DNA of 43,322 bases, taken from positions 1-43,322 of the forward strand of contig DHFX01000015.1 of assembly GCA_002402455.1 (NCBI GenBank), written 5' to 3'. The first letter of the stretch is position 1. Each line of letters begins with the position of its first letter. The notes beneath the pieces are model-generated. The model did no database searches. It saw nothing but the letters and a program-made list of their open reading frames with translations, and was not told the DNA's origin. This DNA comes from Candidatus Dojkabacteria bacterium UBA4813. Lineage in GTDB: Bacteria > Patescibacteriota > Dojkabacteria > SC72. A program made the translations under genes and the position numbers. Below, piece by piece: positions 27,444 through 36,478 of this stretch.

Positions 27444-28359
27444 AACTTTTTTTCTTTTTATCCAGTACTACCTTCATAAGTGCAACTATTGCTACTACTA
27501 AAATAGCTAAAGCTACAAATAATTCAAAATTTGGTTGTATAACAACTTCTTTTACAATTAGATTCTCATCTATACCATTATAGAAACGACCTAATACTAC
27601 CCTTTGGGTAAATAAGTTAGAAATATGGTCCTTTTCGATTTTAAACTCCTCTTCTAGAATCCCCCCGGGGTATAATTTTTGTTGGTCCTTATTTATTTTT
27701 ATATACTCCGGTGTAAATCTTCCCTTTGTACTGTAAAGTTGTATTTCACCCATGGGGTTAAGCACATAGTTACTAATGTTTTTATAAGTGTACTTAATCA
27801 CGGTTGGGGATATGAAGGGTATGCCTTTATCTATAATCTCTATTTGCACGTCGGCAAATTCCGAGGTTATTCCTTTTACATCTTCGTTGGGATCTGCGAT
27901 ATGCAGCACTACTAGGTGAGCTAAGTTTTCTACTGCCCCAACAGGGTTTGTTTCTGCTATAAAGACCTTTTCTACCTCTTCTTCTAATATTATTAGGTTA
28001 AAATATGTTCCAGGGCGCATATCTCTGGTAGGAACTATCTCATATGGAAGTTTAAAGACCTCTTTTGGTCTTACAGGGAATATTTCTTTGTCAGCTCTTG
28101 TGAAAATAAAGCCGTTTTCTTTACTCATCTGTAGAGTTTGTGGATCGTAGGAATATATGACTGGAGAGAGGAAGATCTCCTTTCTAGTATCATTTTTGAA
28201 AGTTACAGTACTTTCTCTTCGCTCTTGGGTCGTAAGTAGATATTCGCTTATTGGAGGGGTTATTGAGTTTGCATAAATCTTCTTTGGAGTTGCTAATCCG
28301 AGAAGTATGGTACAAAGAAACAAGTAAATTGTCTTTCTAAGGGCATTTTTAATGTCCAT
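27424..28359 (-). CDS. secreted, C-terminally anchored DUF916/chaperone-like two-domain protein
   Basis: Signal peptide, 'SITPP', 'PGTYFNLI', 'YKNISNYVLNPMGEI', C-terminal TM and Lys tail; paralogous to the adjacent gene. Confidence 0.6.
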   Translation of the reverse strand: MDIKNALRKTIYLFLCTILLGLATPKKIYANSITPPISEYLLTTQERRESTVTFKNDTRKEIFLSPVIYSYDPQTLQMSKENGFIFTRADKEIFPVRPKEVFKLPYEIVPTRDMRPGTYFNLIILEEEVEKVFIAETNPVGAVENLAHLVVLHIADPNEDVKGITSEFADVQIEIIDKGIPFISPTVIKYTYKNISNYVLNPMGEIQLYSTKGRFTPEYIKINKDQQKLYPGGILEEEFKIEKDHISNLFTQRVVLGRFYNGIDENLIVKEVVIQPNFELFVALAILVVAIVALMKVVLDKKKKSSKKNPE

Positions 28360-28366
28360 TTGTGAA

Positions 28367-29383
28367 TTATTTAGGTAATTGTTGAGGTTGATTCTCTTTC
28401 TTTTTCTTCCTCATCTTTAATACTACCACAGTTGTTATTACTGCGAGTAGGAGTAGTAAGATATATTTCCAAGGAATAATCCAGAAGGATGTTGTGGCCG
28501 TAAGGGGAGCGAACCCGGGTTGGAAGTTTCTGTACATGACTATTAAGTCTGCATTTATGGGGCCTAGGATAAGCTTATTATCTTTACTTAAGAAGGATCC
28601 ATAGTCCCAAAGGATTTCGTAGCTTGCAGAATTATCTCTTAAAATGCTCTGTGCACTTTCATTAAAAACTATTTTTCCAACTTCCTGATCAAAGATGTTT
28701 GTAAGTACTATCTCTCCAATGGGGGTGATATGGGTATCTCCTAAGTTATTTATTCTAGTAAGAAATTTTACATTCGGTTGTTCATACCAATCTTTGTCTG
28801 TTTCAAACTGTAGTAATTCTGCGTTTTCCGCAAAATCCTCTCCTACCTTTATTAAAATCGGAGTCCCTGAAGAGAGTGAAGTAAATGTGGCTGTACTTCT
28901 TAACTGTTGTTGAACATCTTCGGATATGAAGGCAATTATGACTGTGTATTCACCCTTTGTTGCATCATTAGGAACATTAATTTCGTAGAATATCTTCTCG
29001 TTTCTATTGGGTACAAGATCTACCTTCTGTTTACTTACTGTTACCCAAGAAGCGGCTGAGTAGAGGGCTCTCTGTTCTTCTTCTTCCGTAAACATTATTG
29101 CAGTTCCGGGTTGGTCTTCTATCTGTCTAAAACCTCTTACAAAGATATTGTAAGTTGTGGTTATTTCAGAGAGGTTCCATACAACTATCTCTCCTTCGTA
29201 TTTTTCTCCCGGTTGTAAGGTTAGTTTCTCCGAAGCAGGAGCTGTTCCTATGGTTAAGCTTGTTTGTGCTAAAAGATTTTGCTTAGGAAATAGAAAGAAT
29301 AGGACAGTAAAAACTGCCGGAAGAAGTAAAATTATTTTCTTGTTTAACCATGGGGCAGAGAATCTTTTTAAATTTTTCATCAT
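28367..29383 (-). CDS. DUF916/WxL-interacting-like membrane-anchored protein
   Basis: Signal peptide, 'LQPGE', 'ASWVT', 'INVPNDATKGEY', 'NLGDTHITPIGEI', 'FWIIPW' plus TM and basic tail. Start re-called to ATG 29383, immediately after the upstream stop. Confidence 0.65.
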   Translation of the reverse strand: MMKNLKRFSAPWLNKKIILLLPAVFTVLFFLFPKQNLLAQTSLTIGTAPASEKLTLQPGEKYEGEIVVWNLSEITTTYNIFVRGFRQIEDQPGTAIMFTEEEEQRALYSAASWVTVSKQKVDLVPNRNEKIFYEINVPNDATKGEYTVIIAFISEDVQQQLRSTATFTSLSSGTPILIKVGEDFAENAELLQFETDKDWYEQPNVKFLTRINNLGDTHITPIGEIVLTNIFDQEVGKIVFNESAQSILRDNSASYEILWDYGSFLSKDNKLILGPINADLIVMYRNFQPGFAPLTATTSFWIIPWKYILLLLLAVITTVVVLKMRKKKKENQPQQLPK

Positions 29384-29385
29384 AA

Positions 29386-30501
29386 TTAGTAGTAACCACC
29401 ACAAACATATGTGAGGTATTCAGTATAGGTACCAGAGGGAGCCGATGATCCTGCTCTTGCACCGTAATAAACACTTGAACTTTGAGCAGGAGAGGTCTCT
29501 GTGGCTTTATAAAGGATTAATCTGGCACCAGTACTGTTTGCTCCCAAGGAACCGTATACACCAGGAGTTCCTGTTAGAAAATCTGTTGGTACCGTAGCAC
29601 CTGTCGGCTGAGTTAGTGTAATTCCGAATCCCTCGGAACCACCTGCACTAATATTTACAGTCCCTGTACCTGTTCCTGATTGGATAAGATATGTACCACT
29701 ATATAAACCTGCATTTGTTCCATTTCCTTTCCCATATGCTGCCCAGTAGTAGCCACTACTTGTGGAACTTGTAGTTATCTGGTTGGTAGATAGCACTTCA
29801 ATAAGACCACCACCCGGATACAGGGTTCCCAAAGAAACGGTTACGGGGCTAAGTGTGCATGTGACCGTAGGAGCAGCTGCAACCGTGGCAGTTACTTCTA
29901 CAGTATCGTCTGCTATTAGATAAACTCCAAAAGATTTGGAGTCTAGGTTGTTATTATCTGAGACTTGTACGGCGACTGTTCTGGAACCGGAGGTAGCAGA
30001 AGTTCCTAAAACTCCTGCTAGAGATCCATTACTTACCTTTACTCCATATGTTGAAGTGTTTACCAGATCTCCAACACCGGTAATGCTTATGGTATCTACT
30101 GTTGTTGTTCCATTTCCCTGAGAGCAGGTTGCAGTAAGAGTTCCAGGGAGTGCCGCGGTTATGTCATGTCCTCCCGTAACATCTGGGGGAGCACTTGTAA
30201 CTCCTGCTACTGTCAGAGATCCTGCTGTTCTACACCATTGAGCATTGTCGGCCATTGGAAAGAAAATATCTACTCTAGCAGCATCTGCAAGATAGAAAGA
30301 TTGACTTGGTGTAAAAGCAAGGATTATTTCAACCTCTTGTCCCGTAGTCCCAGCTAGATTTGATTGTATCCTGCTAAGATACAAATATGTGTTTCCCAAG
30401 GTCCCAGCTTGTGATTTAAACACAGGGGACAACACGAAAAAGAATAGTGCTGTAACAAGTATAGTAACTAAAGTCGGAATTGCTTTGTTATGTTTTCTCA
30501 T
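29386..30501 (-). CDS. secreted Thr/Gly/Ser-rich beta protein with WxL/pilin-like C-terminal domain
   Basis: Signal peptide (SQA), 'VEVTATV..PTVT', GLYS, EGFG and C-terminal 'PSGTYTEYLTYVCGGYY'; no TM anchor. Confidence 0.6.
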   Translation of the reverse strand: MRKHNKAIPTLVTILVTALFFFVLSPVFKSQAGTLGNTYLYLSRIQSNLAGTTGQEVEIILAFTPSQSFYLADAARVDIFFPMADNAQWCRTAGSLTVAGVTSAPPDVTGGHDITAALPGTLTATCSQGNGTTTVDTISITGVGDLVNTSTYGVKVSNGSLAGVLGTSATSGSRTVAVQVSDNNNLDSKSFGVYLIADDTVEVTATVAAAPTVTCTLSPVTVSLGTLYPGGGLIEVLSTNQITTSSTSSGYYWAAYGKGNGTNAGLYSGTYLIQSGTGTGTVNISAGGSEGFGITLTQPTGATVPTDFLTGTPGVYGSLGANSTGARLILYKATETSPAQSSSVYYGARAGSSAPSGTYTEYLTYVCGGYY

Positions 30502-30545
30502 ATTGATAGGGCAGCAAGCACTTAATTAATGGTTAATCTAGCTAA

Positions 30546-30574
30546 AAGATACGATACTTTAGGAGTAGTGTCAA
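30546..30574 (-). promoter_or_regulatory. promoter for the 30501-27424 operon
   Basis: TTGACA-17 nt-TATCTT on the minus strand. Confidence 0.65.
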
Positions 30575-30619
30575 GTGATTTTAACACAAATTAAAAGGTT
30601 GTTAATTTATGTTAAATTT

Positions 30620-31852
30620 TTAATATCTTCCGACAGAAACAAATGTTATAAATTCAGAGTAATCGGTAGCGGGACTACGGTCCACTGCGGCTCTTGCTTT
30701 TAGATATAGCCCCATCCTCCCAGAATTAATAGGTCCGCTTGCATCGTAAACTTTTCTAGGGTCTGTTAGAACTTCCCCGACAACATTTCCTGATCCTGAG
30801 TAATTAGTAGTTGCTGTTATGGTTCCTAAATAAGTGGAAGAAGAGTAGTCTATATAATAATTTTGAAGTCCGAAACCTTCAGCAAGAGATCCGTCCAGAT
30901 CCAAATTACTTGAAATTATAGTTTCTGTTGTAGTGGGACTGTACAAGCCACCGTTTTCACCCTCATTTATAATTGCAACTCCGCCTTCCGCATTGGTTAA
31001 CAGATCAAGCCAAACTAAATTTGGTGCTGTTACCGCACCTGCTCCCGGAATTAACTTATCATCCCCACTAAATGATACTGAATAGGGAGGGGCACTTTCT
31101 ACTGTGTAACCAGAGCTGGTAGCTATATCTATATCAAACTCCACAAAACCTAAACTTGTAGTTGCAGAAGCTGTGCTACTATAATCAGATTGTGTAAAGT
31201 CCCCATGTAAGGCAGATATTCTAATATAGTACTGTGTACTGCTATCTAAACCTTTTATGTTAAAGACTTCATTTTCCCAATATTCCTTAGTTCTAAAATC
31301 ATTGATATCACAATTAGACAGAGAAGTTGGCATAAAAGTCGAACCACTGATACATTTTACATCCGAGGCAAAGTTATCTTCTGAAATTTGAACAGTATAG
31401 AGTGTATCACTTGGATTAGTATATTCTTGTATTTCAAATCTTGCTTTGTTGTAGCAGCCTGTAGCACCACAGATAGCGACCATTCCTCCGGTAAGAAGTT
31501 CTGTAGGTCCTGAAGTACAGTTTGTTGTACCATTGGTTGTAGTTTCAAAACATTTTACAGTTGGTTGTGCTGCAACAAATGCTTCTGAAGGTCCTTGGTT
31601 TATTCTGTAGCTAGTAGAGTAATTTCTAGGGTCTGCAGATATTTGTCCTGTGTTTGAAATGAGGCTGTAATTTGTAGATTCAAAGATTCCTCCGAGTCCG
31701 GAGGTGGTAACTCCGGTTAATTTGTAATTTGTGGAATTAGCTTCGTAGCTTAAAGCTGTTGCGGGGAAGAGTAGTATGAAAGAGTAAGAAAAGATGAATG
31801 AATATAATAAGAGAGAGAAAAGGTAGGATATTTTTTTAATGGCAGATTTCAT
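30620..31852 (-). CDS. secreted protein with FN3-like segment and WxL/pilin-like C-terminal domain
   Basis: Signal peptide, 'STNYKL' start, 'GLDSSTQYYIRISA' (FN3-like), GLYS, EGFG and 'PATDYSEFITFVSVGRY'. Confidence 0.6.
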   Translation of the reverse strand: MKSAIKKISYLFSLLLYSFIFSYSFILLFPATALSYEANSTNYKLTGVTTSGLGGIFESTNYSLISNTGQISADPRNYSTSYRINQGPSEAFVAAQPTVKCFETTTNGTTNCTSGPTELLTGGMVAICGATGCYNKARFEIQEYTNPSDTLYTVQISEDNFASDVKCISGSTFMPTSLSNCDINDFRTKEYWENEVFNIKGLDSSTQYYIRISALHGDFTQSDYSSTASATTSLGFVEFDIDIATSSGYTVESAPPYSVSFSGDDKLIPGAGAVTAPNLVWLDLLTNAEGGVAIINEGENGGLYSPTTTETIISSNLDLDGSLAEGFGLQNYYIDYSSSTYLGTITATTNYSGSGNVVGEVLTDPRKVYDASGPINSGRMGLYLKARAAVDRSPATDYSEFITFVSVGRY

Positions 31853-31858
31853 AGGTAA

Positions 31859-31901
31859 ATCATATTGTAAAATATATTAGTTAGTCAAATTTTGGTATAA
31901 T
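31859..31901. promoter_or_regulatory. divergent promoters (surface gene / tRNA-Ser)
   Basis: Minus: TTGACT-18-TATGAT, 6 nt before ATG 31852. Plus: TGGTATAAT at 31893-31901 before the tRNA. Confidence 0.55.
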
Positions 31902-31913
31902 TCTAAAGCTTTT

Positions 31914-32002
31914 GGAGAGGTGCCAGAGTGGTCGAATGGGACGGTCTTGAAAACCGTTGTATGGGTAAAACTGTACCGTGGGTTCGAATCCCACCCTCTC
32001 CG
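31914..32002 (+). tRNA. tRNA-Ser (anticodon TGA), no encoded CCA
   Basis: GGAGAGG/CCTCTCC acceptor stem with G discriminator, ACGGT-CTTGAAA-ACCGT anticodon arm, long variable arm, GGTTCGAATCC T-arm. Confidence 0.96.
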
Positions 32003-32060
32003 TTTGAAGGAAGAGCAAATGGAAATTTTCATATACTTGGAATAGAATATTCACAAAACA

Positions 32061-33689
32061 ATGGCTAAAGAGAAAAAACAAAATATTCAGAAAAGGTACA
32101 AACCAAAAGATAGAGAAGGAGGATTTCCTGCAGATATGCCTTATTGGAAAAGAAGATTCTTTGAAATTCTCCCCGGATTATTTGTATGGATACTCCTTTT
32201 ACTTCCGGTTATCTTTGCATTATTAAGGTGGAATGTAGCTATGGTTGTATATATGTCTATTTTAGTAGCGTACTGGTTCTTTAGAACTGTAAAGTTTATT
32301 GTAGGCTTATATATCGGTGTGAAAAGAATGGAAGAGGAGAAAGCAACAGATTGGGTCGGAAAGATAAAGGAATTAAATTCTTTGGAATTTGAGAATTTAA
32401 GATATATATATCTTTGTCCTGTCTATGCGGAAACATTTGACATCTTAGAACCCTCTTTTGAAGCATGGGCAAAAAGTGATATTGGTGCCAAGAGAATAGA
32501 TGTAGTTATGGCAATAGAAGAGAAGAAAAAGGATCTTCAACTTGAAAACTTTAAGAAACTTAAAGAAAAATATGGGAAGAAATTTGGGAATATGAGATAT
32601 TACATCCATCCTGCCAATATCCCAGGGGAAGTAGCGGGGGTAAAGGGTGCAAATATTAACTGGGCTGCAAGGCACTTGGTTAAAGATTTGAGAAAGGAAG
32701 GGAAAGATCCTTCTAATTATTTATTAATAACCTGTGACTCTGACCTTAGACCCCATCCTAAATATCTTTCTGCGGTCACTTACAGGTATCTTACGGTAGA
32801 AGATCCCAAACATACTTTCTTTGCTTCTGCAGTTCACACCTTCAACAACAACATATGGGATGTTCCCCCTATGATTAGAACACAATCTAATATGTTAACC
32901 ACAGTTATTTTACATCTGTGGGTTTTTGACAAATCCATGAAGATTCCTTTTTCTAATGACAGGGTTTACACAAGGGACACATTCTCTTCATATATAGTTA
33001 ATCTCGCGACTTTAGAAGAAATAGAATTTTGGGATCCGGAGATACCTAATGACGATACTGCCTTTTACTGGAATTCTATTATTAGAAGTAGAGGTAAATT
33101 TAAGAGTCAGGAAGTATATGTCCCGACATACAACGATGCAGTAGAGAACAAAAACTTTATTAAATCTCATGTTTCTTTCTACAAACAACAGTATAGATGG
33201 GGATGGGGGATTATTACTTTCCCCATTGCTCTTGCAGTAATGTCCACAGATAAAAAGAATTTTCCTAATAATAAAAAGCTAGTTATGATGAAAATGATGG
33301 TCGAATACCTATGGGTGCTAACAGTGGTCTTTGTTCTTACATTCGGACTTAACATTACCAGCTGGTTAAATCCTACCTACCAGTATAGTGTGTTTGCTTT
33401 TAACCTTCCGAGGATCATGAGTTATGTTTTTACCCTCGTAGTTCTGTCCAATATTCCTCTCGTTCTTTTGCGAAGAAAAATCACTCCTGTTCCTAAAGAT
33501 TGGAAGTGGTGGAGGCATATATTGGATTTTCTGGAAACAGCCTTAATTGCTGTTAATATGTTAACTTTTGCATTTATCCCTTACATCCAAGCTCTTACGG
33601 AGATGATGCTAGGGAAGACTCAGTTTAAGAGAAATTTCTATGTTACGGAGAAAGTAAGAATGAAGGGAAAAGAGAATAGGGCTGGTTAA
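32061..33689 (+). CDS. membrane-bound processive glycosyltransferase family 2
   Basis: KGANINWA, CDSD (DxD), NDD and QQYRW (QxxRW) motifs, with TM helices at both ends. Confidence 0.85.
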   Translation: MAKEKKQNIQKRYKPKDREGGFPADMPYWKRRFFEILPGLFVWILLLLPVIFALLRWNVAMVVYMSILVAYWFFRTVKFIVGLYIGVKRMEEEKATDWVGKIKELNSLEFENLRYIYLCPVYAETFDILEPSFEAWAKSDIGAKRIDVVMAIEEKKKDLQLENFKKLKEKYGKKFGNMRYYIHPANIPGEVAGVKGANINWAARHLVKDLRKEGKDPSNYLLITCDSDLRPHPKYLSAVTYRYLTVEDPKHTFFASAVHTFNNNIWDVPPMIRTQSNMLTTVILHLWVFDKSMKIPFSNDRVYTRDTFSSYIVNLATLEEIEFWDPEIPNDDTAFYWNSIIRSRGKFKSQEVYVPTYNDAVENKNFIKSHVSFYKQQYRWGWGIITFPIALAVMSTDKKNFPNNKKLVMMKMMVEYLWVLTVVFVLTFGLNITSWLNPTYQYSVFAFNLPRIMSYVFTLVVLSNIPLVLLRRKITPVPKDWKWWRHILDFLETALIAVNMLTFAFIPYIQALTEMMLGKTQFKRNFYVTEKVRMKGKENRAG

Positions 33690-33745
33690 TCCGGATTTCA
33701 TTTTAAACAGATAAGATCTTCCTATTAAATTAAAAAGCTGTTCAT

Positions 33746-34975
33746 ATGCTTCTCCTTTTCTTTATGTTCCTACTTCTAAGTTCTCCTGTTAGTGCAGATG
33801 GTTTTGACCAAATATATAATAGTAGTTTTAACAGATACAAGCAGACAATGGGAATAAGTTATTCATACCTTCCGGTATCTAAGAATCCTTCCGAACTTGG
33901 AATGTCTTACGACACCTCGCTGGTAGAGGGTGTTGCTACGGAGAATGTTTGGGGCAATTATACATTAGAGTATTTGACGGAAAATGATTATTGGCAGAGA
34001 AAAAGTAAACTTTTGTCCGAGGTTAGCGGACCTCCGGGGATGCAGATAGATCTTCTCTATTATTACCTAAATGATACAGGTCATAACATAGAGGTAAGCA
34101 GTATCCTTCTGCCTTTTAGCAGGGGAGATTCTTCATTGGGTAATTGGATGAATATTGCTATGGGTATTACAGGAGTCTCTTACAGAGATATCCCCATTTC
34201 TTGGGAACAGTTAGTTTTATCTAGAAAAGGCCTTATGAAAGGATATGTAGGACCGGGTCAAATGGAAAACGGAGTAGGGGGTTCTTTCATAATAGATAGT
34301 TTTGTTATAAAGGACCCTATTAATATAGAAAAGATTGAAGTTTTTGCCGAAGGACAAGAGATAAAAGGAAAAATTATTCTGAGAAATTTTAAAAATGTGG
34401 ATTTGGAAAATATTAATGTTACCCACGGAAGTTTTAGTTCTACCTATACAATTCCGGCAATGGATACCATAGAGATAGAGTATTCTTTGGAAAGTGATGA
34501 GTGGGAAGATATATTAACAATATCTAATCCCAATTTTGCTAAAGAGTGCATTTTGTATGGCAATTCTCTGTCAGATTGGACTACAACAGACGCAATTACT
34601 TCTCTGGCTTTTCGCGAAGATGGCGGTTGGGTAAACGGCTCCTATTTAAAACCCGAAGGGGAGGATTTCTGTATTACCCAGATTCCTTATTCTGTAAACA
34701 TTCCTCTTAGAAAACCACAAATTGAAGAAGATGATGAAGATATAGATGAAGTAGAAGAGGGAGACGATGAGCCTGTTAGTCCAACAGATTCTCCTGATTC
34801 TAATTTAGACGATCTTGCTCAAGAAGATCCTGATGAAGAAGGGGAAGTTTTGGGTGTTCAGGTAAGTCCTAATGAAGAACATATTAGTAATGAAGGTAGT
34901 AGCAATGATTCTATTGTAGATAATATTAAAGATGATAACTTTGTATTACCTAAAACAGCCGTGGTAATATATTAG
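33746..34975 (+). CDS. secreted hypothetical protein with acidic linker and terminal LPKTA motif
   Basis: Signal peptide (VSA-DG), Asp/Glu-rich C-terminal region, GEVLG, ends LPKTAVVIY. Confidence 0.7.
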   Translation: MLLLFFMFLLLSSPVSADGFDQIYNSSFNRYKQTMGISYSYLPVSKNPSELGMSYDTSLVEGVATENVWGNYTLEYLTENDYWQRKSKLLSEVSGPPGMQIDLLYYYLNDTGHNIEVSSILLPFSRGDSSLGNWMNIAMGITGVSYRDIPISWEQLVLSRKGLMKGYVGPGQMENGVGGSFIIDSFVIKDPINIEKIEVFAEGQEIKGKIILRNFKNVDLENINVTHGSFSSTYTIPAMDTIEIEYSLESDEWEDILTISNPNFAKECILYGNSLSDWTTTDAITSLAFREDGGWVNGSYLKPEGEDFCITQIPYSVNIPLRKPQIEEDDEDIDEVEEGDDEPVSPTDSPDSNLDDLAQEDPDEEGEVLGVQVSPNEEHISNEGSSNDSIVDNIKDDNFVLPKTAVVIY

Positions 34976-34976
34976 A

Positions 34977-36401
34977 ATGAAAGTAGAAATGGTAATACCC
35001 GAGTATGTACAAAAGGTAGGGAGAATCCTTACAAAAGAAGGCTATGAAGCATACATTGTCGGTGGTGCATTAAGGGATATTGTTTTGGGTAAAACACCAC
35101 ATGATTATGACCTAGCAACTAATGCCTTGCCTGATGAAATGTTAAATATGTTTCCTAAGGCAGTCTCTACCGGTGCTAAATTTGGAACTGTCATAGCTCT
35201 AATCCAAGATAAACATGGAGAAACACATGAAGTAGAGGTCACAACCTTTAGAAGTGAATCTGACTATGTAGACGGAAGATGGCCTAGTAATGTTAGTTTC
35301 GTAGAAGATATTGACAAAGATTTAGGAAGAAGAGATTTCACTTTTAATGCAATGGCTCTGGATCTTTCGCAACTCAAACTAGATGGAAGGGAGGAGTCTT
35401 TCCAAGTAGAGATATATGATCCCTATGGGGGTATTGAGGATATTAAAAAGAAAGTTATTAGAGCCGTTGGAACACCTCTTGAAAGATTTAAGGAAGACGG
35501 TCTGCGTGCATTTAAGGCTTGTAGAATGGCTGCTCAATTAGATTTTGACATTGAAGAAGAGACATTTCAGGCAATAAAGGAATCTATACCTGTTGCGGAA
35601 CAAGTTTCTATGGAAAGAATAAGAGATGAATTTATGAAAATGCTTCTTAATTCTCCTAAACCATCCGTAGGAATAGAGCTAATGAGAAAATCTGGCCTTA
35701 TTAATCTTTTTATACCCGAATTACTAGAAGGAGTTGGTGTAGAGCAGAAATTATTCCATGCACATGATGTATATACTCATTCTCTTAAAACCTGTGACGT
35801 TGCCCACGACAGTATTAAATTAGCAGCCCTTCTACATGACATTGCTAAGCCCAGAACAGATATGGGGGATGGACATTTCTACGGACATGACAAAATGGGT
35901 GCAGATATGGCTGAAGAGATAATGAAGAGAATGAAATTTCCACAGTCTGAGATAAACAGAGTGAAAATTCTAATAGAAAACCACATGTTCTACTACCCCC
36001 ATGTTCAAGAAGATATGACAGATGAAGAAAGAGAGAATATTGAAAAACATCAATGGACAGATTCTGCAGTAAGGAGATTTATACAGAGAGTAGGGGAAGA
36101 GAATATAGATGACCTATTTAAACTTAGATTGGCAGACGCACAAGCCAACCCTGCTACTGCATTTAAACCGGAAGAGATAACAATTCTACAAAGAAGGATA
36201 TCTGAGGTTAGAAAGCAAGATATGGCTCTTAAAGTTACAGATTTAAAAGTCTCAGGAGAAGATTTAATGAATATCGGAATAGAAAAGGGACCTGAGATGG
36301 GAGTAATACTAAACGAACTTCTAGATATGGTGATAGAAGATCCTTCTCTAAATAGAAAGGATGTTCTCCTTAAAAAAGCTGCAGATCTAAAGAAAAGTTA
36401 G
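34977..36401 (+). CDS. cca: CCA tRNA nucleotidyltransferase (class II) with HD domain
   Basis: VGGALRD, DYDLAT, EVTTFR, DLGRRDFTFNAMA, RFKEDGLR, ERIRDE and LLHDIAKP motifs. Confidence 0.92.
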   Translation: MKVEMVIPEYVQKVGRILTKEGYEAYIVGGALRDIVLGKTPHDYDLATNALPDEMLNMFPKAVSTGAKFGTVIALIQDKHGETHEVEVTTFRSESDYVDGRWPSNVSFVEDIDKDLGRRDFTFNAMALDLSQLKLDGREESFQVEIYDPYGGIEDIKKKVIRAVGTPLERFKEDGLRAFKACRMAAQLDFDIEEETFQAIKESIPVAEQVSMERIRDEFMKMLLNSPKPSVGIELMRKSGLINLFIPELLEGVGVEQKLFHAHDVYTHSLKTCDVAHDSIKLAALLHDIAKPRTDMGDGHFYGHDKMGADMAEEIMKRMKFPQSEINRVKILIENHMFYYPHVQEDMTDEERENIEKHQWTDSAVRRFIQRVGEENIDDLFKLRLADAQANPATAFKPEEITILQRRISEVRKQDMALKVTDLKVSGEDLMNIGIEKGPEMGVILNELLDMVIEDPSLNRKDVLLKKAADLKKS

Positions 36402-36478
36402 TACACTTGTCATTTCTTCTCCCAATCCTTTATTATATATACAGAATTACATATAGATTATTTTAAAAGTACTGCCTA

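Noticed and set aside
31914..32002. tRNA-Sec, suppressor tRNA or integration site
   Set aside because: The anticodon TGA decodes UCA (Ser); no duplicated tRNA 3' end or integrase was seen nearby.
31881..32081. 66-aa minus-strand ORF
   Set aside because: Antisense to tRNA-Ser; 'ERVGFEPT' is the typical translation of a reverse-complemented T-arm.
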